Made by a program: the position numbers and the translations under genes. A stretch of DNA of 33,703 nucleotides from the NCBI GenBank assembly GCA_900088475.1, contig FLMG01000938.1, positions 1-33,703 on the forward strand, read 5' to 3'. The notes under the pieces were generated by a model. That model made no database searches and was not told the origin of the DNA. It worked only from the letters and a program-made list of their open reading frames with translations. Source of the stretch: Hyphochytrium catenoides (lineage: Eukaryota; Protista; Hyphochytriomycota). Below are positions 11,993 through 22,706 of the stretch, in pieces. Numbering within the stretch: the stretch's first letter is position 1; the number at the start of each line of letters is the position of its first letter.

Positions 11993-14726
11993 ATGTCAAA
12001 GCAGTTGGATTGCTCTGCTTACCCTGCAGAGCCTTCTCCTGTGAATACCGTGCGCGCAGTGCAGGAGATCTGCCGATGCACTGCAGACTTTACGACGATC
12101 CACGAGTATCTCAGCTGGTTCTCGGCACTATGGTAGGCATCCTGAACGGAGCTCCAACTCATCCTTGCCTTCCCAACCATCAAACTAACAATCAATACCA
12201 TTGCAGCGCTCTTTTTCTATTCTTTACGAAGCTGAGAGTGAAGGAGAGGCGTATGTTCCCAGACAACATGATACTCATTTATAGGTACCCTCAGTTAAAC
12301 TCTGTTGCTTGAAGGTCCGACCTCTGACAGGAGTGTTACAGTTTCTTGGCCTTCCTATTCAATGCAAATATGGGCCTGAGTTTGCTCGTGAACAATGAGC
12401 AGTATGAGCGCCTGACCAGTCTGTGCACCTTCCAAGCCATCCTCTTCCAGTTTACTGGCCAATCTCTCTGCATCTGGTGGCTGGTCATTATGTTCATCAT
12501 GTACCAGGTGCGCTTTCTTCTAAACTAGAGTTAACTGTCTATAAAGGTTGGCTGACGGCAATCCGACCTTAGTTGAGCTTCTGGTGCGCAAAGAGAGCTT
12601 GAGATCAGAGGGTTGGGATAGTAAGGGCAGTTATCCTATAGAGTTAGGGGAGACTCGGTAAAGACTTTAAGAGCCCTAACCTATTCTTCTTCATATCGTT
12701 GTTCCTCGTAGACCGTCGTGTCGCAGACTCCCGTGACAAAGATTCGAGCACATGCCTTCCGGTATCAAGTTGCGGGATGGATTCTTCCAGTTCTTTACTG
12801 CGTCTGTCTATGGGGAACAGGAAACTTTGGGCCTCTTCCCATAGCTTTCACATGTTGGATCGATACAACGGTCGTCCTTCGTTATGTCTCTCTCTATGTG
12901 TATCAGTTCATTGCTGCGGTAGTTGGGCTCATCCTGTGTGTCAAAGTCATCCTGACACTAAGAAAGTCTGGAGCGCAGCAACCGAATTCCTCTAGGATTC
13001 GCATGGTGACCCATGGGTACATCCTGCAGAACGTCCTTTTCACTATCTACCTTCTCTGGTTCTTGGTGGTTGCTGTGCTCTACGGGACCAACAGTCTGTT
13101 CCTGGAGAAGTATTCGCATATTCCTCGATACATGGAGTATGTGGCCAACACGAGTTACACCTTTTGCGTCGTTTGGTCCTTTAGCTCTTCTCTTTTGGGG
13201 GTAAGTGACACTGAAGATTGAGCTAGTCGCCCGAGTTAGTAGCAGAAAGGAGAAGGATCGCTTATTGTGCGAGAAAGTGGGTTCAGAAGTCAGGGGCCGA
13301 CACACAGGCTCACTTAATGAGAGTGCAGAGAGGTTCAAATGACTGTTGGTTAGGAGTAAGTTTAGTTGACGATGGTCTATTTTCTGACAAATGTCCGCTC
13401 CGTGTGATCCTTCAGACCGTGGTGACCATCATCTTTGGGTGCACACTGCAGAACTGCCAGGACTCATTCCACTCTGTGCACAAGTGCATCACAAGGAGCA
13501 AAGAAAAGATGAAAAGTGGCGTTGAGTACGTGGTGAGTAGCTGCCGGGATGGGCCCCATTACGGCCACTTTCATTCGAGGAATGAACAAGGCTGCTCCCG
13601 TTCTTTTGGTTCCGTTGCCTGTATAGACTCCTCCTCTTGCTAAGCTTCTTATCATTTCGTCCCTGTTCCTCACTCACTTAGATAAGGAGGATGAGTCGTC
13701 GGACAGAATCCACACAAGAGGAGACATCCGAATGCGCTCATTCCAAGAGCTTGCTGTCTGCTAAGGCTTTGGAGGATGGAGACCTCACCCCTCCCAGTTC
13801 GCTTCTCATTCAAAGCAGTGAGTCGGGACGGAGGCAAAAAGCACCATATACGCCCCAAGAGCCGTTAAGCCCAGCAGACTCTTCTACTGCTGCAGCTCCT
13901 GCACCAGCCCAGACACGAGCTCTTGCCTCTAGAGATATGCGGAAAGAAGGACCTATCGCGTCCTTTTGTCCTTCTGCGGTTGACAGTGAGTAACTCTCGC
14001 CTCCGTTCGACCATGAGATGAATCTAAGAGGGATGCCGCTTTTCGTTTCTCCGCAGACGAGGCATTCTCAATGCACTCCGTGCCACCTCAACCTGAAGCA
14101 TATAACACTCTGGCACAAGCGAACAAAGTAAGCTCTTTTTTCTCCTTTCTCTCCTTAGTCTCCTTTCCTCTTACGTACGCTACATAACCTTGAAGTAGTC
14201 TTTGTTCAGTCTAAGGCTCCTAGGCTCTCTCCCTCGATGTTTAGTGTGCTCTTTCTGACCTCATTCTTCTGTACGGGTTGCTTTCTAACCTCTTCTCCGC
14301 TATTTTAGATTTACACGATGACAGTGCTCGCCTACGCCCGAGAGGCTTTAGCGGCACAGGGCATAGATGTTGATGAATCAGTGCTAGAATCTAACTTGAC
14401 GGAGGAGCTTGAGTCGTCTTTTGTCACAGAAAGCGATTTTACCGGAGGCCGGAGATCCTCTATTATTTATGCTGAGGTAAGCCCAGATCGCTTCAAAAGA
14501 CGATGGTCCCCCTTCACTCATGAACATTTTGCTTTTCCTCTAGCGCCTGGCTGCGGCAAGGCAACGGTATATCAAGGAGATATCAAGCCATGATGCCAGC
14601 CGGCTCCAGAATGACTCTCAAATGTCAGTGTCGCCTAAAGAGTCAGTACTTCTCCAATCAGGCGGCGGTAGAACGGATAGAAAGGGAAGAAAATCCATGG
14701 ATGTCTACTCTCCAATCCTGGAATGA
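11993..14726 (+). CDS. 7-transmembrane GPCR (cAMP-receptor-like / Frizzled-Smoothened-like TM domain without CRD), long low-complexity C-tail, ~571 aa
   Basis: Exons 11993-12132, 12207-12284, 12342-12507, 12712-13200, 13416-13532, 13682-13985, 14057-14127, 14309-14476, 14544-14726 are phase-consistent. There are seven hydrophobic segments. Motifs: ERRMFP (ICL1), LCTFQA...CIWWLVI (TM3), AGWILP (TM4), CWI (ECL2), LLGTVVTIIFG (TM7). The start ATG is inferred. Confidence 0.85.
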
Positions 14727-14991
14727 AGGAAATAAGCCAGGATAATATAGAGAGGGAGAGAGACAGAGCGCTTAACCTTTATGTGATTGTACCAGTAGTA
14801 TAGGGTCTTAGGGAGCAGAGCTACCCACTAGAAGCTATCTCTATTTATTGTTTGGTTGAAATAATAAGTGAACCAATTTTGAACCTATCGGCATGATGCT
14901 TCCTTAGAAACTCTATCAAGAAGCGGAGCTCAGTGTGCTCTGCTAGATTAGGAGATTGTCGTGTCTCTCTCTCTCTTTATTTCTCTCTCTC

Positions 14992-17686
14992 TTATGCCTC
15001 GAGTCTTTCTTGCTGTGAGTGCACCTGGATGGAGAAAGACGACTCTTTGTCTATAAAATTCCTCGCCTGAGTCCCTATTTCCCAGTGTTTGGGCCTTAGT
15101 TTCTTTCGACAGTCCCGAAGGACGGAGTCTAGATGACTTTCTAGGTCTCCCAAGACCGAATCCTCCTTTAAAGCAGCAGTGATCTGCTTGTCTGTCTCCG
15201 CAAGGAGATCTTTAGTTCGTGTCTTCAACTGACTAAAGACCTGCAGACTGTTCTTCTCTTCTTGTTTCTGCTGTCTGTCCACCCTGGGCTGCTCCTCAAC
15301 AGCTTCCTCCGTTGCTTCCTTCCCGTACATCCGGTGTTTCTGTTTGTTAGGCCGCTCGCTTTCTGCGAAATACCGCTCGAGAGCCCTTACAAGCTCATTA
15401 CTGGCTTCTGTAGACTCGATGCCTTCTTTTGCTCTTTGCCTCTGTCGTCTGTATTTGGCTTTGAAACGGTCGAGAGAGATTCGGAGGCTCTCCCTTTCTC
15501 TGTTGGCAGCATGGAGCTTCTCTTTCAGCACCGCATGGTCCTTCAACAAGAGAAAGAGTCGTTCCCTTAAGCTCGTTCTTTCTCTCTCAAGAACTTTGAG
15601 CTGCTGTTCTACTTTCTTATCTCTCTGCTTGATCTCCATTGCTTGCTCCTTGGCCTTCTGCGAGTGTAATAGCTTCTCTGTCTGTTGAGTCTGCAGATTA
15701 AGAAGTTGACTTTGTACTTCCTCTAGCTGCTGACGGGAAAGGCCTAGCTCTCTCTGCAGCAGGTAGTTTTCCTCCTTAAGAGTGTTGTTCTCTTGACGAA
15801 GTGCTCCTAGAGCGGCCTGGGCTTTGTTTCGCATATCCTGCCATAGGCCCTGAATCCGAGCGGCTTGCTCCTGTGCTGAGGCTATTACCCCATCTCTGAG
15901 ATCAAGTAGGTAAGATTCGTTATATCATTACCCTGACCGAAAAGTAGGAAGAAAGGAAGGGGAGAGGGATGGAAAAACAGACCTAGACTAGACAAAAAGA
16001 AGTAGAGAGATAGGCGAGATCCAGAGAAGGGTGATGATAGGGAGTTCCAAGATGAGAGAAGAATAAACACAGACCTCTCGACTTCAACGTGTTCATAGTC
16101 AGCCTCCAATTGTGCCATTGTCATTCGCAGCTCTTCTATTGTTGCGTCTCTTTCGGCGACCTGCGCATGCCAGTGAGTCAAAAGAGTAAACTCGGCTGCG
16201 GTAAGATACTGGCGGAATGGGTGGCAAAAGGATACAGGCAGGCATAAAAACTATGGATGAATAGGAGGAGATGTGAATAAAGACGGAAGAAGACATTGAG
16301 AGAGAGAGAGAGAGAGATACAGCACAACATTCAGAAGACAGAACTGTAGGCCAGGTGACAAGGCATGGAGCCCCCGAAGAGATTAATGAAGAACAGCCGA
16401 TAAATTACTTGTCACACGTGCGACAACAATGCGTCAATATAATAACGCACCACAAAAACTGACCAACAGAAGCAAGAGATCAGATAACTTCATGTCAGTT
16501 CCAAGAAAGAGACGCGAGACACGAGGACAATCAAAAGTGGTTTATCAAACCTTCTTCTCAATCTCCTCCGTTTTCGTAGTAAGGAGGGCGACAGAGCCCT
16601 CTCTTCTATCTAGCTCGTCCTGGCGCTGCCGCTTGACAACTTTGTACTTGTCTACCGCCTCTCTGACCTTTCTCTCTAGCTCGTGTAGTTGTGCTCGCTG
16701 CTTCTCTGACTCCAACCTCAGAGAGGCATTCTCGGCCGTCATCTCTCTTTCTCGCTGCCGTGACATTGCAAGCTGCATTTCCAGCTCACGCATCTTGCTG
16801 GTCAGTTCTCGTATCTGTCTCTCCTACCAAAGACAAAAGAAGTTAATGATTCGCCGAGGAATTAAGAGACATCAACAAACAAAGACTCATGATTTACGTC
16901 TCTTTCTAGCCCTTATAACGCTCACTTACGCTTTCCCTACGCAGTGAGTCATTTTCATCCTTCAGCCTCTGAAGAAGAGACAGTGAATATCCCTCCACGA
17001 CGCTCGACGTCTCCACAGTCATGACGGACGATGAAGCTGGTGGAAGATCGAAGANNNNNNNNNNNNNNNNNNNNNNNNNNNNNNNNNNNNNAGGCAGAGC
17101 CAGAGGCAGGACACACGAGAGTGAGAAGGAGAGAATAACCCGCTGGACACAGGTAGTGAGAGGCAGCGGGAAGTCAGGATGAGAGCTAGTAAGGGGGAAC
17201 GAGGAGGGCGAAGGGAGGAGGACTAGGAAGGGAGAGACACATGCAGCTCACGATACCTTCGGAAAGCCCTCGCTCCGAGCGGTGGGCCATTGGGCTACGG
17301 TTTAGAGCACCGTCCCCCGCGATTTCGAGCTTCATCCCACCCTCCCTCCGCACCCTCATCAGGCCTTGCTCGGATGTGTCGATGAATGGAACTGCAGAAG
17401 AACTTAGATAGTCAGTTCTCCCTTTTGTGGAGGCACTGGTGGAGTCATCACTAAGAGGAGGTGACGCTTCACTCTGCTTAGGTGACCTATCATTCGCGTC
17501 GTTAGTTAGCTCATCCAGCTGTGGAGAGGGCAATCTCTTCTTTCCCAACAGGTTAGAAGCAGGGTAAGGAAGCATTTGCTCTTGAATAGGTCCTTCGATG
17601 TTATGGTTGACCCTAGAGTCCATTTGACTAGCACCTTCGGCCGCTTTGTTAGTGCTGACCCGCGGGGTGTCCTCAGCGCTCTCCAT
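14992..17686 (-). CDS. Long coiled-coil protein of unknown family with a disordered N-terminal region; 5' exons unresolved (may extend to ~18.8 kb or beyond)
   Basis: Spliced heptad-rich E/K/Q/R/L exons (~17054-16930, ~16823-16551, 16160-16075, ~15895-14992) read LLQRLKDENDSLRRES/ERQIRELTSKMRELEMQL...EEIEKK/VAERDATIEELR...R/DGVIASAQEQAARIQGLWQDMRNKAQAALGALRQENN.... A Ser/Pro-rich exon lies at 17230-17686. One acceptor falls in an N gap. Confidence 0.75.
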
Positions 17687-19158
17687 AACTTCGTCTCAAT
17701 GGCGAGTAGAGTGCCGCACAAAGGAGAATGGCATAACTACGACTATCTCGGCGTGTCTAAGGAAAAATAACCTTCTGTGGAAGCACTGTTCCCACGGAAT
17801 CCATCAGGAAGCCGTCCCACGGCGCACTAATTGGGCTATTGAGCAAGTCACGGTGCAGTCTCCATTTCCCAGCGGTCCAAGAGAGAATACCGGCCGTTAC
17901 GAGATGACGGACTTAATCTGCCCAGGGATTGGGGAGGCGAAGAATCCTGGTTGTGGTGGATCACCAGCGATTGAAGATGACTCCTTGTTCTTCGTCGTGG
18001 ACTCTCGGCAACTTCAGGAGTCTTGATCGCCTTTCAACACCAGCCGCGTCGGGCGCTTGACAATGCTACTTTTCATTCCTTCTTCAGGACTCTACGAGGT
18101 CTGCTGCTCGACCTGTATCCTTTCCTTTCTGCCCTCCTCGCCTCTGCTGCCTTGGGCTTGATGATGATGGCGGCGGTGGTCAGAATGATCGATCCTTCTG
18201 CTCTCTTCGTTTAGAGCTTTTGAAGTTTCGTATCATCACCAACAGCCCACGTGGTACCGCTAACGGCCATTTGACTCGAATAGATTGTGAAACGGTAGAT
18301 GGCGGAGCGTTGGTGCTTTTTTCTCTTTTCTGTTGTGCTGCTGCTGCTCAGCAGCCTCGGCCGATAATGACAGCGGTCGCCTTTTTCTCCTTGGACTCCG
18401 ACAATGAGTGCTGCTGTTGTTGCAGCTTCCTTCTCTCTGTTGAAGGCAAAGGCTATGAAAGATGAGGACACTTACGTACTTCCTCCCCTCACTGATGATG
18501 AGCCCACCATCATTATCATCACGCTCGCTTCTCATCATAATATCAGGTGCATCACCCACCTATCTTCTTCGTTCTTATTAATAACTACCTCCTTGCTCGC
18601 CATCATCAGGGCCATCTCCCAGCTTCAGCCCACCGAAACCACTTCCATAGTTCACCATGGTAACGGTGGAATTTTTGCTGGATCTGCCCCTACTACTACC
18701 TTTTCAGTAGAGCTCCACAGCAGGCTCAGCCGCCAATCTCCGGACAAACGGTCTTTAGCCCGAAAGGGGTCCGTCATCGGCAAAATGGGGCTAATTTTAT
18801 ACTAACTGTCAGGTTGATTGCGTCGATGATGCTGTTCCTCCTGCCGTCTTTGACATCTAGAAGTACGAGAAAATCCCTTCTCAACGTTTTGTGCGCGTGA
18901 CTCATCATCGACGTTGAGAAGGGGAGAAAAGATTATCACTCTTCATTGATATAGTTGTCTCTTTATATTTCCCGACATTGCAGACGCCGCAGTGGTGCAT
19001 CGTCATGATCGTGATGGTGCTCGACAACAGAAGACAAATATGGTGATGAAATAAGAAGAAAGCAGGCAGCGCAGTCAATCATGCATTAGATAGATCATCA
19101 TCAACCCCCATATTGCTACGTCTAATGAAAGGAGGGCTTGCGTTGTCCATGGTGGCTC

Positions 19159-20017
19159 TTAAGGTTTAGCTCCGAAATGGCAGCCTTTGAATGACAACAG
19201 GCGGCGGACGGAAGACACATCCTTATCGTGGCTCAAAGAAACGAACGATGGTCGGCGGTGGTGGTGGTGGTGCTGCTGGCAGGAAACAACATTATTCCAT
19301 TCAAGAATTGTTGCCATAGAGAGAGACTCTCCTGATTCTGAATCTTACTGTTCGTAGCCGGTTCGTACTGCAACTGAGGCAGCACCTATCCAGAATTGGG
19401 CCCATTCTATTCAGATGCCTCTCTCTGGCTTGGGTCTCTAAGCTAATCCACACATGAAGTTAACTACAAGAGTTAGGAACCTTAAAGCTCGTCCCTTGAG
19501 GTTACCAAAAACTGAGTCTGAAACGGACAAAACTGTCCTGACCTGCTCTTTCTGGTTCACCTTCTACCTTGGCTCTTGGTGAGAGCTACTGAATCGCTCC
19601 TCCTCAGCTTCAGCCAGGCTGGCTGCTCCCTTCTTCAGGCAGGCTGCACTTCTCACTTTCCCTGACCATGCCATCACTCTGTCTACCGCAGCGCCTATCT
19701 TCAACTCTTTGTCTATTGCTATCCCTTCTCGATAGTGCAGTAAGCTCTTCATCGTACTCTGTCTTCCCAGCTCGTATGGGTCCCTTTGTACTACCTTCTC
19801 ACCTAAGTCCTTGTCGTTACTTTGGTCCGCATCAGCCCTACCAACAATAGTATGGGAGGAGAGGAGGACACGAAGCGACGTGTCGCTTGAAGAGAGCATG
19901 CGGAAACCATGGCAATTAATCTTCTTCCTTGTATCTCTCCTCACGAGCCATCTTTTGAAGAACTCTGCATGTCTGCGAGCCAGTCTCTTCTCACCTAGTC
20001 TTCGGACAGACGGACAT
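19159..20017 (-). CDS. Possible small orphan gene (~167 aa), or 5' exons of the coiled-coil gene
   Basis: A phase-consistent model is possible with exons 20017-19995, 19837-19568, 19442-19349, 19275-19159 (MSVCPKTR/ADADQSNDKDLGEK...). No recognisable domain. It sits head-to-head ~180 bp from the next gene. Confidence 0.3.
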
Positions 20018-20193
20018 GAGTTGGTTTGAGACCAGTATACCGCTGTTTGAAGAGAAGCACAACTATTCTGTTGCAGCTATATCGACCGTACGCAATACTG
20101 AACAAGTATTCTACTTTCGTTGCGGTTAACTCCTACCACAAGTGAGTAGCTCCCGTCATCAACCTCCACCCGTACACTTCAAGGCAAGGAGCG

Positions 20194-22161
20194 ATGTATC
20201 CAAGATCAAATGACAAGCGGCCAAGAGAAGGATTGGTACCTGGCAAAGCCACTGTCAGGTAAAGCTCCCGACACATAGAGGTTGCTTTCCTTAAATTCTA
20301 TCCGTCCTCTGTCTATACACCCATATCTGCTCAATCATTAAACCTGCCCGCCCCTCCTTCTAAGGATCCCGCTAGAGGAAGGCAGAGTAAGCTTTTGCTG
20401 CATTGGCCGCTCACCGAGCTTCCCGACTACCATCCCCAAGGAAATTACGAGCTATGTAAGTTCGGTAGACCAAGCTGCACTGATGAGCTAAGAGTCTCTT
20501 GAACGAATGTTATGAAACTCTTCTTCACTTTCACTTCCTGCTTAACCTCTAGATATTGCCTGTCAATTAGTCTTCGCTCTGCGATTTTGGTCTCTGTCTA
20601 TCTTTCCCGGTTGCATCTTATCGTAGTGCTGTCCTTCGACCGTGGGATCCTGTCTCCGTTGGGCTGGCTCCTCTAGGCCTCCAACGAAATGAGTCTGGTG
20701 GTTATTGTCTTTACATCCTCCTCGCTTTGCTAGCATCCTTTGTGACTCCTTCGTTGTGACTCCTTCTTCCGGATCTCTCTGTTCATCCTGTAGATGTCTG
20801 CAAACCAGTACGTAACGGAGATATACCGGTTCAACACGCTAATTGATGAGTACCTTGCACCCATCCGTCAGCTTTTTGTCGTGGTCCCTCTGTAAGTTCT
20901 GTAGGATGACCTGGTGCTCTCTTCATCTTCGTTACGCTTTAGTCTCCTTGTTTGTTGTCATCTCACCATTGTTCCTTATTTACTATGAAAACGTCGGGGC
21001 ATACCGCTTTCTCACATTCCTTTCGCTAACCGGCGGTATGTCTTCTATAGTGTGGCTCTTCCCGGAGTTGCTCTGCTGCTATATGTGGTGGTTACTGTCG
21101 TGATTGACCTTGCCAAGGGTGGAAAGAGCTTTATGGAAGTAATGCAGGAGCACAAGGGCAAGTGGCCCTACGCGGTCATGGGCTTCGGTCTCCTTATTAC
21201 TAGTAAGCAATGTTTAACCTTGAACCCCTTCCATCGTTTAACCTTGAACCCCTTCCATCGTTCTCCCCGCCTCTGTCACCGCTCCTCTCTCCGTCTCTAC
21301 ATAATAACCGCGCTACCTTACTTGCTCTAAGTGTTCTCAAGCTAAGCTCTCCCTGCGCCCTTGCGCTCACTTCTCGCAGGCTTCATAATCTACGTAGTCC
21401 TCAGCCGGGTGCACCGCCACAGCTTCGACAAGGTGGGCATCGAATTTCTCTGCCAGGACCAAATTATATTCATATCCGTGGCCCATGTTGGAGCCTCAAC
21501 TCGTGCTATCTGTTGACGTCATGGACTAGTAGTTCACATGACACTTCGAGCAGTCTCTCACTGATCCCTTTTCCTTGCTAACTCTCTTCATCTCCACCCT
21601 TGGCCTCTAAGATGCATAAGGAGCTGGAGGAAAGTTGTCAGACAATAGAAAGGAAGTTCCCGTCTATGGTTTGGACTGTAAGTCACTGTACCTTGGGGTT
21701 GCCTCACTCACTTACTGACAACAAGGGTGTTACTGGTCCCCCCGCCAACCCGGGTTTTTGTGCATTCTTCCTCCTTCTTGTTTGATTCTTAGTGCTCTGC
21801 CTCAAGAGTCCTGATCTATGGTCCTCACATCGAGTACGCGCTGAAAGGAGCAAAGAAGAAGGATAGAAAAGGCCAGGAAGGACTACTAGCGGTAACGATG
21901 ACCTGCAGCCCTTACACTCGCAGATAGCTCCCTCTATGTCTTTAGTCTTGGTTATCTTAAGATGGTCTCACTGTGTATCTTCAGATCCACGTCTACCTAC
22001 CCTCCAGTGAGCCTTCAGTCTTCCAGACAGAAAAGGGTGAGGCGGTTATCCAGATGGAAGCCATTCAAGTCTCCTCATTCAACCCAGCGGACTATTATCT
22101 GGCACAGAATATCGAGCAACGCGCTGCCGTTGTTCCCTCTAATGATATAGAGAATCCGTAG
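20194..22161 (+). CDS. Two-TM membrane protein with Erf4/Golgin-A7/TMEM268-like architecture, 8 exons, ~266 aa
   Basis: Exons 20194-20258, 20365-20455, 20794-20891, 21051-21202, 21380-21432, 21612-21677, 21793-21891, 21985-22161 join in frame. Translation: IPLEEGRVSFCCIGRSPSFPTTIPKEITSYMSANQYVTEIYRFNTLIDEYL, two hydrophobic helices, then ELEESCQTIERKFPSMVWT...LLAIHVYLP. The gene model is solid. The family call rests on motif resemblance only. Confidence 0.75.
21212..21262. repeat. 24-bp tandem duplication in intron 4
   Basis: GTTTAACCTTGAACCCCTTCCATC occurs twice in a row, followed by GTT. Confidence 0.95.
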
Positions 22162-22706
22162 AGCCAAATATCTACCTTTCTGTTTATAAATGTCGACGAC
22201 TATATATGGCCAAAGAATCAAAACAGAAGCAGAACAAGCGAAGGGGAGGAAAAACACTGGGCAGCTGATGACATTGTTAGCAAAGATAGAACCCGTTCGT
22301 CGACAGTCCCTATACGTCTCGCCCCTGGATGATCTGTCTGCTTACCTTAACGTGTAATCCCCTTAATATTCACTTATACCGTTCAAAAGCCTGGTCTCAT
22401 AAACTATATGATTGTCATGACTTTATTGCGTTCCATTGCTCCTCTCATTTGGCTGTTCATAGTCTACCTTCGCATTCACTAACGTCCTCCTTTCCTATGG
22501 ACCCATACTTCCGGTCGGGCCCATCAAGCCTTCACATAGCTGCAGCTTAGAAACATCTGGTTGGGCCTTGACCGCAGTGGCACCTTGCCTCCTGATAGTA
22601 AAGCTATAGAGACAGCCTGAACGGGAAATAGATAACATGGTGTTTCTGAACATAAATAGCGTGGAGTGGCCTCCTCAAGACCATTCCTCCTCCCTCTGGA
22701 TAGTGG

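Noticed and set aside
7824-17091. N runs (7824-7855, 8660-8665, 17055-17091)
   Set aside because: These are assembly gaps, not biological features.
20843-21103. Hydrophobic 86-aa ORF as an extra TM exon
   Set aside because: It lies mostly in the pyrimidine-rich intron 20892-21050 of the phase-consistent Erf4-like model.
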